Shown here: one piece after another, positions 54,342-63,624 of the stretch | How the letters are laid out: the number at the start of each line of letters is the position of its first letter | Numbering within the stretch: the stretch's first letter is position 1 | Assembly: GCA_030037645.1 (NCBI GenBank) | Contig: JASHQI010000120.1 | Location: 7,674-71,673 of the forward strand | Length of the DNA stretch: 64,000 nucleotides | Direction of reading: 5' to 3' | From: Xanthobacteraceae bacterium | GTDB taxonomy: Bacteria > Pseudomonadota > Alphaproteobacteria > Rhizobiales > Xanthobacteraceae | Program-made: the position numbers and the translations under genes | The notes under the pieces: generated by a model | Database searches by the model: none | What the model saw: only the letters and a program-made list of their open reading frames with translations | Told to the model about the DNA's origin: nothing

Positions 54342-55523
54342 ATGGATGCCGGCCAATCACTCATCGTCGAACTGGAAGACGCAATCCAAAGCGGAGCCGC
54401 GGACAAGCGCGTCGAGGTCATGCGACGTGTCACCGATCTATTTGTCGCGGACGCAGATCGGTTCAATGATCAACAAGTCGACGTCTTTGATGCGGTTCTG
54501 GGACAGTTGATCAAAAAGATCGAAGGCAAGGCGCTCATCGAGCTCAGTCGGCGCCTTGGACCGATCAAGAATGCGCCAAGCGACGTCCTGCAGCGCCTTG
54601 CCCGCGATGACGACATCGCGGTCGCTGAGCCCGTCCTGACGCAATCGACGCGATTGAGCGACAATGATCTGATCGAGATCGCCAACACCAAGACCCAGGG
54701 ACATCTGCTGGCAATTTCCGGCCGATCTCAGATCGGCACGACGGTCACGGACGCCCTGCTGCAACGCGGCGACCACCAAGTCTTCCACAAATTAGCGGGA
54801 AATTACGGCGCCAACTTCTCCGAGAACGGTTTCACAAGCCTCGTCGCGCATTCCCAGCGCGACGAACAGCTCGCGGAGAAAATCGGGTTGAGGCTCGATG
54901 TACCGGAACCGCTATTTCGAGAACTGTTGTCGCGCGCCACCGAAACGGTGCGCACGCGCCTTCTCGCCGTCGCTGGCCCCGAAAGCCGCTACCAGATTCA
55001 GCGCGTGCTCGCGAACATTTCCCAGAATGAACGCCACGAAGCGGGATTCCAGGACGAGCAGGAGTACGCCGACGCACACGCTCGAGCTCTGGCGATGCGC
55101 AACGAAGGGCGTCTCAACGAAGCGGAACTCTTCGAATTTGCAAAAGCCAACCGCGACGCAGACATGATCGCAGCGCTGTCGCTGCTCTGCGGCGCCCCAA
55201 TGTCTTTGGTGGCCAAGCTCTTGAACAGCGAACACCGCGAAGCAGTTCTCATACCCTGCAAGGCTGCAGGGCTGGAGTGGCAGACGGTTCGCATGATCCT
55301 GAATTGTCGATCCGCCGGTCGCATCGCGTCGGATCAGGACATCGATAGCGCCCGGATCGATTACGCCAAGCTGTCGGCGAGCACGGCGCAGCGCGTTCTT
55401 CGGTTTTGGCAGGTCCGGCAGACAGCCTCCAACGCCGGAGCCGCAACCGTATCGGGCGCAACCGCCTCGGCATCGGAAGCTTTAAGATCGCAATATTCGA
55501 TGGCGAAGCGAGCCCAGGCGTGA
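54342..55523 (+). CDS. DUF2336 domain-containing protein
   Basis: 393 aa. The repeated helical pattern (RVEVMRRVTDLF…FDAVLGQLI…ALIELSRRL…VLQRLARDDDIAVAEPVLTQSTRLSDNDLIEIA) is typical of DUF2336 as I recognise it. Confidence 0.65.
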   Translation: MDAGQSLIVELEDAIQSGAADKRVEVMRRVTDLFVADADRFNDQQVDVFDAVLGQLIKKIEGKALIELSRRLGPIKNAPSDVLQRLARDDDIAVAEPVLTQSTRLSDNDLIEIANTKTQGHLLAISGRSQIGTTVTDALLQRGDHQVFHKLAGNYGANFSENGFTSLVAHSQRDEQLAEKIGLRLDVPEPLFRELLSRATETVRTRLLAVAGPESRYQIQRVLANISQNERHEAGFQDEQEYADAHARALAMRNEGRLNEAELFEFAKANRDADMIAALSLLCGAPMSLVAKLLNSEHREAVLIPCKAAGLEWQTVRMILNCRSAGRIASDQDIDSARIDYAKLSASTAQRVLRFWQVRQTASNAGAATVSGATASASEALRSQYSMAKRAQA

Positions 55524-55541
55524 CCCGCCAGCGGGCGGGTC
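55522..55541 (+). terminator. GC hairpin GACCCGCC-N4-GGCGGGTC overlapping the DUF2336 stop codon (no T-tract)
   Basis: Perfect 8-bp stem read directly from the sequence. Confidence 0.3.
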
Positions 55542-55621
55542 GCTCAAGCCGGCCCGCCAAGTCTCGCCGCGAGCGGCAACGACGCCACAGCACGGAATAA
55601 TCGTCCGCGCGATCATCCGCG

Positions 55622-55637
55622 TTAACGCTTCATTAAC
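55622..55637. promoter_or_regulatory. Perfect CtrA box TTAA-N7-TTAAC
   Basis: TTAACGCTTCATTAAC. It is the only exact TTAA-N7-TTAA I found in the intergenic regions by eye (an incomplete scan). Confidence 0.45.
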
Positions 55638-55754
55638 CCAAACCATGAAATTGCCGTTATTCTTCAATCGCTTCGCCAAAGTCTCGTCGAACAGCCGCCG
55701 GCATCCACGGTGACCTTTGCGTCAATGCAAACTGATTCGCGAAGGATGACGATC

Positions 55755-55964
55755 ATGGCTGAGCTGACCCGGATGGTCGGTTTTGCATCCTCCATTCCTG
55801 AAAAGACCTTTTCGAGACGACAGACTCTCGGAGTCGAACTGATGGCCACGGTGGCGCTCGCCGTTTCGCTCGCCATTGCCTTGACGGCGGTGTCGATCGG
55901 AGTGGCGCGCGCTCAAGTGCTGCACAGCCTCGGCAAGACCGTGACGCTTGCTATTCGGCCTTGA
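55755..55964 (+). CDS. Hypothetical 69-aa protein with one TM helix (MAELTRMVGFASSIPEKTFSRRQTLGVELMATVALAVSLAIALTAVSIGVARAQ…)
   Basis: AAGGA lies 8 nt before the ATG. The ORF is about 120 nt downstream of the CtrA box. Its 3' end overlaps the convergent Bug gene by 14 nt. Codon bias is moderate. Confidence 0.3.
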   Translation: MAELTRMVGFASSIPEKTFSRRQTLGVELMATVALAVSLAIALTAVSIGVARAQVLHSLGKTVTLAIRP

Positions 55965-56940
55965 TATCGGCGGCCTTGATGACCGGCCACCACTTTTCGA
56001 TCTCGGCCTTCTGATAAGCGCCGAGCGCTTGCGGCGTCGACTGGTCGCGTGGCGGCATGTCGAGGCCCATTTCGACCACGCGCTTTTGCAGAGCGGGATC
56101 AGCCATCGCTTGCAAGGCCGCAGCATTGAGCTTCGCTATGACGAACTGCGAGGTGCCCTTTGGCGCCCAAAACGCGTTCCACACCGAGGCGTACAGGCCC
56201 GGCAAGCCGGCTTCGTCCACGGTCGGGATATCGGGCGCCGCCGCCATGCGGTGCTTGGCTGTGACCGCATAGGCCCGGATCTGCCCGCTGCGCACCAACG
56301 GCAGAAAACTGCCGGAGGCCGTGCACATGAAATCGATCTGGCCGGCCAGCATGTCCTGCATCGCCGGCGCACCGCCGCGATACGGCACGAACTGCCAGCG
56401 TGCGCCAATGCGGTTTTGGATGGAAAGGCCGCAGAGGTGTTGCATCGTCCCGGTGCCGACAGTGCCCTGCGTCACCTTATCGGCGTTCGCCTTGAGCCAA
56501 TCGATGAGCTGTTTGAGGTTCTTTGCCGGAACGGCATTCTTCGAGACAAGCATGAACGGATAGGCCGGCAACAGTGCGATCGGCTCGAAGTCCTTCGCCA
56601 CGTCGTACGGCAGCTTCATCGCGGCGCCATCGAGGACGTTGGTTTCCGCATTGCCCATGACGAAGGTGTAGCCGTCGGGCTGCGCGCGGGCGACCCGGGC
56701 GACGCCGATGCTGCCTGACGCGCCGCCGATATTCTCGACAATGACGCTCTGGTCCAGCGTCTTTTGCATGCGCTCGGCCAATACCCGAGCGAGCATGTCG
56801 GTGACGCCGCCCGCCGGGTAAGGCACCACCATCGTGATCGGGCGCGACGGATAGGTTTGCGCCATTGCGCCGCCGCCCAGCGCGACGGCAATGGCGATCG
56901 CCAACAGGCTCCGTACGATGTTGCTCAATGTGCCGCCCAT
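55951..56940 (-). CDS. Bug/TctC-family periplasmic tricarboxylate-type binding protein, copy 1
   Basis: Signal peptide, then TYPSRPITMVVPYPAGG, and C-terminal KWWPVIKAADIKAE. Confidence 0.85.
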   Translation of the reverse strand: MGGTLSNIVRSLLAIAIAVALGGGAMAQTYPSRPITMVVPYPAGGVTDMLARVLAERMQKTLDQSVIVENIGGASGSIGVARVARAQPDGYTFVMGNAETNVLDGAAMKLPYDVAKDFEPIALLPAYPFMLVSKNAVPAKNLKQLIDWLKANADKVTQGTVGTGTMQHLCGLSIQNRIGARWQFVPYRGGAPAMQDMLAGQIDFMCTASGSFLPLVRSGQIRAYAVTAKHRMAAAPDIPTVDEAGLPGLYASVWNAFWAPKGTSQFVIAKLNAAALQAMADPALQKRVVEMGLDMPPRDQSTPQALGAYQKAEIEKWWPVIKAADIKAE

Positions 56941-57008
56941 ATGCCGTTCTCCGCGAACAAGGCGCGGTATGACCCCGTGCGCGATAGAGATGAGTTTCAA
57001 ACCCGTCC

Positions 57009-57980
57009 CTACTGCGCCTTGATGCCGGCCGACTTGATGAGCGGCCACCATTTCTCGATGTCTGCCTTCTGGTAAGCGTAGAGCGCTTCCGGTGTCTGCT
57101 GATCGCGCGGCGGAATCACCTGGCCTTGATCGGCAAAGCGCTTCTGCAATGTAGGATCGGCGAGTGCCTGGACGACAGCGCTGTTGAGTTTGGCGATGAT
57201 ATCCTTGGCTGTGCCTTTGGGCGCCCACAGGCCGTGCCAGAAAGAAACATAAATGCCGGGCACGCCCATCTCGTCAAAAGTCGGCACATCGGGCGCGGCG
57301 AACCAGCGCTTCCTGGCCATCACGACAAGCGCCTTGATCTGGCCGGCGCGTACGAACGGCAGTGAGTTTGATGAAAAGTCGCACATCATGTCGACGTTTC
57401 CGGCAATGAGGTCCTGGCTCGCGGGCGCGCCACCGTGATAGGGGATGAACTGGAAGCGGACACCGAGAGAATTCTGAAGATAAATTCCACAAAGGTGAGA
57501 TCCGCTGCCGACGCCGACGGTCGCGACTGTCGCCTTGCCGGGATTGGCCTTGAGCCACGCGATCAGCTCCTTGAGGTTGTTCGCTGGAAAGTTTTTTCTT
57601 GCCACGAGCCAGAGCGGCGCATCGGCGATCCGGGCTATCGGTTCGAAATCCTTGAGCAGGTCGTAGTCAACCGGATAAACCGCACCGGATCCGACATTGC
57701 TCGCCCAATTACCGAACAACAGGGTGTAGCCGTCAGGAGTCGCGCGCGCCACGCGGGCGACCCCGATGCTGCCGCCGGCGCCGCTTACGTTTTCGATAAT
57801 GACCGTTTGATCGAGTTCGCGTTTCATCTGCTCGGCGAGAATCCGCGCCAAAACGGAAGTGCCGCCGCCGGCCGGGAACGGCACGACCATGGAGATGGTG
57901 CGCGATGGATAGCCGGCAGCTAGCGCATGACCGAGACAAGCCAATACGACCGCACAAACGATTGCACAGAGCTTACCCAT
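57009..57980 (-). CDS. Bug/TctC-family binding protein, copy 2
   Basis: Signal peptide, GYPSRTISMVVPFPAGG, and C-terminal KWWPLIKSAGIKAQ. Confidence 0.85.
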   Translation of the reverse strand: MGKLCAIVCAVVLACLGHALAAGYPSRTISMVVPFPAGGGTSVLARILAEQMKRELDQTVIIENVSGAGGSIGVARVARATPDGYTLLFGNWASNVGSGAVYPVDYDLLKDFEPIARIADAPLWLVARKNFPANNLKELIAWLKANPGKATVATVGVGSGSHLCGIYLQNSLGVRFQFIPYHGGAPASQDLIAGNVDMMCDFSSNSLPFVRAGQIKALVVMARKRWFAAPDVPTFDEMGVPGIYVSFWHGLWAPKGTAKDIIAKLNSAVVQALADPTLQKRFADQGQVIPPRDQQTPEALYAYQKADIEKWWPLIKSAGIKAQ

Positions 57981-58039
57981 TCCGCCCTCGCGAATTTCAA
58001 CCTCACGGTGATCCGTAGGGACCGGTTTCAACTCCGCCC

Positions 58040-59014
58040 CTACTCGGCCTTGATGCCAGCGGCCTTGATGATCGGCCACCACTTTTCGGCCTCGGCTTTT
58101 TGGTACGCAGCGAGCGCCGTCGGATTCTCCTGATCGCGCGGGAAGATGACTTGGCCGAGTGTTTCGAGCCGCTGCCGTATGCCCGGGTCGCCTAGCGCGG
58201 CCATGACAGCGGCATCGAGGCGATCAACCACCGGCTTGGGTATGCCCGCAGGAGCCCATAGCGCGTGCCAAAAATTGATACTCACGCCCGGCACGCCGGC
58301 CTCGATCATCGTCGGCGTATTCGGCGATTTCGGCCAACGCTGTTCGCTCATGACCGCATAGGCCCTGAATTTGCCGGCCTGCACATCCGGAAGCGTGGCC
58401 GAGGCTTCCAGGCAACTCAGGTCGATATGGCCGCCGATCAAATCCTGCATCGCCGGCGCCGCCCCACGATAGGGCACATATTCGAATTTCACGCCGATCG
58501 CATTCGCAAACGACAGCGCCGCGAGCTGAGCGGCGCTGCCGGTGCCGACGGTGCCGAATGTCGTCGGCTGTTTTCTGGCCTTCAACCAAGTAATGAGTTC
58601 TGCCGCCGTCTTCGGCGGCAACGCCTCCTTGCCAAGGATCCACAGCGGCGAGTAGGCCAGCAGCGAAATCGGCTGAAGGTCCTTCACCACGTCATAGTCG
58701 AGGTGATAGATCGCGGGAGAGCCGATATGGCTCGTCCAGTTGCCGATGCCGATGGTGTAGCCATCCGGCTTGGCGTGCACGACACGTCCTGTTGCGATCG
58801 TGCCGCTGGCTCCGGTCACAGTTTCGACGACGACTGTTTGGCCGAGCGCGCGGCCCATCCCTTCGCCGAGCAGGCGGGCGAGAGTATCGGTCGGTCCGCC
58901 GGGCGGAAACCCGACGATCAAAGTGATCGGATGCGTCGGATAGGTCTGCGCCTGCGCCAAGACGGCGGATGCCAGAAGCACGACGAGCGCGCCGGCGAAA
59001 CTTAGTCGTCTCAT
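58040..59014 (-). CDS. Bug/TctC-family binding protein, copy 3
   Basis: Signal peptide, TYPTHPITLIVGFPPGG, and C-terminal KWWPIIKAAGIKAE. Confidence 0.85.
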   Translation of the reverse strand: MRRLSFAGALVVLLASAVLAQAQTYPTHPITLIVGFPPGGPTDTLARLLGEGMGRALGQTVVVETVTGASGTIATGRVVHAKPDGYTIGIGNWTSHIGSPAIYHLDYDVVKDLQPISLLAYSPLWILGKEALPPKTAAELITWLKARKQPTTFGTVGTGSAAQLAALSFANAIGVKFEYVPYRGAAPAMQDLIGGHIDLSCLEASATLPDVQAGKFRAYAVMSEQRWPKSPNTPTMIEAGVPGVSINFWHALWAPAGIPKPVVDRLDAAVMAALGDPGIRQRLETLGQVIFPRDQENPTALAAYQKAEAEKWWPIIKAAGIKAE

Positions 59015-59168
59015 GACGTTGCCCTCGGTTTAAGCCGTTGCAACGATGACATGGGCGTCGCCAGGCGAAAAGGTCAGAAATACTGTCATGACGACGGGCG
59101 ACATCGTTGTGTGAGCCTCTTGGTGCGCCGATTGACGCCGCCTATATGCGCCCTGTAACCATCCGCAA

Positions 59169-61016
59169 ATGTTTGCACTTTTCGAACGATTCTTAACGCC
59201 GACGGCAGCGCCCGAGCACCCGGAACCGCCGGGCGGGCTGATTGCGTTCCTGTGGCACTTTGCCCGTCAGGCGAAATGGCTGTTCGCGGCGCTGTTCATC
59301 ATCGAATGCCTGGTCGCGCTCAGCGACAGTTCGGTGCCATGGTTCATGGGCCGCGTTGTCACCATGGTGACGAAGACGCCGCCCGACCGCTTCCTCGCCG
59401 CCGGCTGGCCGTGGCTGCTCGGCATGGCGATCGTCGTGCTGATCGTGCGTCCGGGCGTGACGCTGACGCGCTATCTGATTACCAATCAGGCAATTGCGGC
59501 GCCGTTCACCGGGCTGATCCGCTGGCAGTCGCATTGGCACGTCGTGCGCCAGAGTTGGGCGTTTTTTCAGAACGATTTTGCCGGCCGTATCTCCAATCGC
59601 GTAATGCAGACCGGACCGTCGGTGCGCTCGACGCTGACCGCCACGATCACCACCGTCTGGTACATATTAGTCTACGGCACATCCGCCATTGCCATGACGG
59701 CAGCGGCGGATCGCTGGCTCGCAATCCCGATCGTGCTGTGGTTTTGCAGCTACGCCGGGCTGCTGTTCTATTTCGTGCCGCGCATGCGCGAGCGCTCCAA
59801 AGTCAGCTCGATAGCGCGCTCGACGCTGATGGGCCGCATCGTCGATAGCTACACCAATATCCTTACCGTCAAGCTGTTCGCCCGGGCGCGCGAGGAAGAT
59901 CAATATGTGCGCAGCGCGGTCGATCAGCACGTCGGCATGCTGGGTGCCTCGCAGCGCCTGCTCACCGTGTTCGGCGCGCTGATCGACATTTTCAACGCGT
60001 TCTTGATCGCCGGATCGGGCGCGCTCGCGCTGGTGTTGTGGCGTTACGGCGCGGTCGAGGTTGGCGCCATCGCCATGGTGCTGCCGCTGACGCTGCAACT
60101 GACCAACATGTCGCGCCAGATCGCCATGCGCATCACCGAGATTTTCGAGGATCTCGGCGTGGTGCAGGAAGGCATGCTGACGATTGCGCAACCGTTGCAA
60201 CTGCCCGATCCGGACGGCGCGCGGACGCTGACCGTGCGCGACGGCCGCATCGATTTCAAGAACGTCAGCTTCGGCTATGGCCGCGAGACCGGCGTGCTGC
60301 AAAACTTCAACCTGACGATCCATCCCGGCGAGAAAATCGGCCTGGTCGGCCGCTCCGGCGCCGGCAAGTCGACCGTGGTCAATCTGCTTCTGCGTTTCTT
60401 CCACCTCGAGGGCGGCGCGATCCTGATCGACGGCCAGGATATTTCCGGCCTGACGCAGGAATCGCTGCGCGGGCAAATCTCGGTGGTGACGCAGGACACC
60501 TCGCTGCTGCATCGTTCGATCCGCTCCAACATCCGCTACGGCAAGCCCGATGCCAGCGAGGACGACGTCGTGCGCGCAGCCAAACTTGCCCATGCCCATG
60601 ACTTCATCCTCGACCTTGAGGATTGGCAACAACGCCGCGGCTACGACGCGCATGTCGGCGAGCGCGGCGTGAAACTGTCCGGCGGCCAGCGCCAACGCGT
60701 CGCCATCGCGCGCGTGATTCTCAAGAACGCGCCGATCCTGGTCTTCGACGAGGCCACCTCCGCACTCGACAGCGAAGTGGAAGCCGCCATCCAGTCGAGC
60801 CTCGGCACGCTGATGGCGGGCAAAACCGTAATCGCCATCGCGCATCGGCTTTCCACCATCGCGCAGATGGACCGCCTCGTGGTGATCGAGCGCGGTCGCA
60901 TCGTCGAGCAAGGCACGCACCGCGAGCTCATCGCCCACAACGGCCATTACGCGGCGTTGTGGCGACGTCAGGCCGGCGGCTTCCTCGACGCCGTCGACAT
61001 GCAGGCCGCGGAGTAG
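59169..61016 (+). CDS. ABC exporter, fused permease/ATP-binding protein (type I, MsbA/multidrug-like)
   Basis: 615 aa with a 6-TM domain followed by GRSGAGKST, LSGGQRQRVAIAR and LVFDEATSALD. Confidence 0.85.
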   Translation: MFALFERFLTPTAAPEHPEPPGGLIAFLWHFARQAKWLFAALFIIECLVALSDSSVPWFMGRVVTMVTKTPPDRFLAAGWPWLLGMAIVVLIVRPGVTLTRYLITNQAIAAPFTGLIRWQSHWHVVRQSWAFFQNDFAGRISNRVMQTGPSVRSTLTATITTVWYILVYGTSAIAMTAAADRWLAIPIVLWFCSYAGLLFYFVPRMRERSKVSSIARSTLMGRIVDSYTNILTVKLFARAREEDQYVRSAVDQHVGMLGASQRLLTVFGALIDIFNAFLIAGSGALALVLWRYGAVEVGAIAMVLPLTLQLTNMSRQIAMRITEIFEDLGVVQEGMLTIAQPLQLPDPDGARTLTVRDGRIDFKNVSFGYGRETGVLQNFNLTIHPGEKIGLVGRSGAGKSTVVNLLLRFFHLEGGAILIDGQDISGLTQESLRGQISVVTQDTSLLHRSIRSNIRYGKPDASEDDVVRAAKLAHAHDFILDLEDWQQRRGYDAHVGERGVKLSGGQRQRVAIARVILKNAPILVFDEATSALDSEVEAAIQSSLGTLMAGKTVIAIAHRLSTIAQMDRLVVIERGRIVEQGTHRELIAHNGHYAALWRRQAGGFLDAVDMQAAE

Positions 61017-61148
61017 TTTGCAGTTCACGCCGTGAATGCTTAGAAAAAGCACGGTGCGACGGGCTGCCGCACGCCGGTCGCATTTCAGCGTTATCGCCTG
61101 CACCATTGGCCCAAGTTTTTGCGCGGATTTTGAACCGGAGCTCCCGCG

Positions 61149-61955
61149 ATGCGCGTTTCCTGCCTCGTTTCAACCCTGGCCCTCACTACGCTCGTTGCGG
61201 CCACGCTCGTCGGCGGACCGGGTGTCGTGCAGGGTCAACAATTGCCGTCACCGCCGAATGGATTCAGGCCGCCACCGCCCGCGCCGATCAAGCCTTACAA
61301 GGTCGTCGCGGCGACACCGCCCGCGCCATACAGCGATCCGAGTTTTCAGGCGTTTCGCAAGCAACTGCTCGGCATCGCCGCGCACAAGGATCGCGTCGCG
61401 CTGGCCAAGCTGGTCGTGGCGCAGGGATTCTTCTGGATCCAGGACAAAGACGTCGCCGACAGGACAAAATCCGGCTTCGACAATCTCGCCAAGGCGATCG
61501 ATCTCGACGCGAATGACGGATCCGGCTGGGAAGTTTTGGCCGGCTTGGCAAGCGATCCGACCGGAGCGGAATTACCCGACCACAAGGGCGTCATCTGCGC
61601 CCCCGCCGACCCGGCGATCGATCCGCGGCAATTCGAGGCGCTCGCCGACCAAACGCAAACAGACCTGTCCGATTGGGGCTATTCCACCAGCAGCGGCGTC
61701 GAAGTGCATTCCGCCCCGAAGCCGGATGCTCCGGTCATCGACAAGCTCGGCCTCAATCTCGTGCGCGTGCTGCCGGATAGCGCCCCGCCCGATAATCCCG
61801 ACCAGCCGGCATTCCTGCACGTCGCGACGCCCTCCGGTAAGACCGGCTTCGTCCCCCTGGATGCGATCTCGCCGCTGGGCGGCGACCAGATTTGCTACGT
61901 CCAGGAAGCCAGCGGATGGAAAATTACCGGCTATTTTGGCGGCCCATCGCAATAG
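61149..61955 (+). CDS. Secreted hypothetical protein with Pro-rich N-terminus and SH3b-like C-terminus
   Basis: Signal peptide (…GPGVVQG/QQ) followed by PPNGFRPPPPAPIKPY. The C-terminal segment VEVHSAPKPDAPVIDKLGLNLVRVL…TGFVPLDAI looks like a bacterial SH3 fold. This is a weak call. Confidence 0.55.
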   Translation: MRVSCLVSTLALTTLVAATLVGGPGVVQGQQLPSPPNGFRPPPPAPIKPYKVVAATPPAPYSDPSFQAFRKQLLGIAAHKDRVALAKLVVAQGFFWIQDKDVADRTKSGFDNLAKAIDLDANDGSGWEVLAGLASDPTGAELPDHKGVICAPADPAIDPRQFEALADQTQTDLSDWGYSTSSGVEVHSAPKPDAPVIDKLGLNLVRVLPDSAPPDNPDQPAFLHVATPSGKTGFVPLDAISPLGGDQICYVQEASGWKITGYFGGPSQ

Positions 61956-62022
61956 ATGATCGGCGGACACTTCCTCTTCGACGGGCATTGAACGGACGCA
62001 GCTTCCGGAACACAATGGCGCA

Positions 62023-62652
62023 ATGACTGGACCGGGGCTGACGAGGGGCGTGCGCAATTTGACCGCGTGGATCGGCGCAGCAATGTTCTGCATCGCGTCC
62101 GCGCAAGTCCCGGCTCAGCAAAATCCGCTAACCGGCGATTACATCCCGACGGTGCAAGATGTCCCCCCAGGCGTCGACCACGGCAATTCCGACGCCAATC
62201 TTCCCGACGAATTTAAGCGGCAGACCGTGTTTTACCGCTCGCTGGTGGCGCCCGGCACCATCATCATCGATACCAAGGATCGTTTCCTCTATCTCATCCA
62301 GAGCGAGACCAGCGCGCTGCGCTACGGCATCGGCGTCGGCCGCATCGGTTTTACCTGGCAGGGCCTGTTGCAGATCACCAAAAAGGCCGAGTGGCCGGAC
62401 TGGCGGCCGCCGCCCGAGATGATCGAACGCCAGCCCTATTTACCGCGCTTCATGGCCGGCGGCCCCGGTAATCCGCTCGGCGCGCGCGCCATGTATCTCG
62501 GCAATACCGAGTATCGCATTCACGGCACCAATGCGCCGGAAACGATCGGGCAAGCCGTCTCGTCGGGCTGCTTTCGTCTGGTCAACGACGATGTGGTTGA
62601 TCTCTACAATCGCGTCGCCGTCGGCACCCATGTCATCGTTCGGCAGGATTAA
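62023..62652 (+). CDS. L,D-transpeptidase (YkuD domain)
   Basis: Contains YRIHGTN….SSGCFRL, the catalytic His/Cys motif. Confidence 0.85.
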   Translation: MTGPGLTRGVRNLTAWIGAAMFCIASAQVPAQQNPLTGDYIPTVQDVPPGVDHGNSDANLPDEFKRQTVFYRSLVAPGTIIIDTKDRFLYLIQSETSALRYGIGVGRIGFTWQGLLQITKKAEWPDWRPPPEMIERQPYLPRFMAGGPGNPLGARAMYLGNTEYRIHGTNAPETIGQAVSSGCFRLVNDDVVDLYNRVAVGTHVIVRQD

Positions 62653-62683
62653 TTTTTGAGGGCTCTCGTCCGTTCGTCCCCTT

Positions 62684-62760
62684 CCCCGATCAAGTCGGGG
62701 GTAAATTGCAATGGGGACCCAGCGGGGCGTCTGGATTCCGGCTTGCGCGGGAATGAACGG
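62684..62760. repeat. Intergenic repeat family 2, copy D
   Basis: CCCCGA TCAAG TCGGGG hairpin, then GGGGACCCAGCGGGGCGTCTGGATTCCGGCTTGCGCGGGAATGAACGG. The core matches 47431..47473. Confidence 0.7.
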
Positions 62761-62774
62761 ATGAGCCCGAATTT

Positions 62775-63497
62775 TTACTGCGCGCGCTGAGCCGCAGCCG
62801 CAACGGACTGGGAAGTCTGGCCGAACAGGATCGCACGCTCCTCCGCGGTACGCACGCCGCCGTGGCCAGGATTGATCTTCGGCGTCCATTCATAAGCCTT
62901 GATCACCGCGGGCCGCGCCTTGATGGCCGCCAACCAGCGCTTGATGTGTGGAAAGTCCTCGATGTTCTGATGCTGCCGCTCCCAGATCGCCACCCACGGA
63001 TAGCATGCCATGTCGGCGATCGAGTAATCGCCGGCGAGATATGGGCGATCGGCGAGTCGCTTGTTCATGACGCCGTAGAGCCGATTCACCTCGTTGCGAT
63101 AGCGGTCCATCGCGTATTGCAGCTTCTCGACGGCGTAATTGCTGAAGTGATTGTTCTGACCGGCCATCGGGCCGAGATTGCCCATTTGCCAGAACAGCCA
63201 TTCGATCGTGGCGGTCCGTCCGCGCAAATCCTTGGCGATGAACTTACCGGTCTTGTCGGCGAGATAGAGCAAAATGGCGCCGGACTCGAACACCGAGATC
63301 GGCTTGCCGCCGCCGGCCGGCTCATGGTCGATAATGGCGGGAATGCGGTTGTTCGGCGAGATCGCCAAAAACTCTGCCTTGAACTGTTCGCCCTTGCCGA
63401 TGTTGACCGGAAACAGCTTGTACTGCAGACCGGCCTCCTCGAGGAAGATCGTGATTTTGTGGCCGTTCGGCGTCGTCCAGTAATGTACGTCGATCAT
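62775..63497 (-). CDS. Glutathione S-transferase (Nu-class, YfcG/YghU-like)
   Basis: MIDVHYWTTPNGHKITIFLEEAGL…ISPNNRIPAI…VFESGAILLYLA…. The ORF is open to 63722, but the ATG at 63497 gives the canonical N-terminus. Confidence 0.8.
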   Translation of the reverse strand: MIDVHYWTTPNGHKITIFLEEAGLQYKLFPVNIGKGEQFKAEFLAISPNNRIPAIIDHEPAGGGKPISVFESGAILLYLADKTGKFIAKDLRGRTATIEWLFWQMGNLGPMAGQNNHFSNYAVEKLQYAMDRYRNEVNRLYGVMNKRLADRPYLAGDYSIADMACYPWVAIWERQHQNIEDFPHIKRWLAAIKARPAVIKAYEWTPKINPGHGGVRTAEERAILFGQTSQSVAAAAQRAQ

Positions 63498-63624
63498 AAC
63501 AAGCCCTTGCACATGGTGGTGGTTAAGAAGCCAGTGTAGCCCATGGCCTAGCGAATATTTAACCCCTGCGCGCGCATTTGTGTTCTTCGTGTCCAGCAGC
63601 CCTGCATATGCCGAGCCAGGCACG

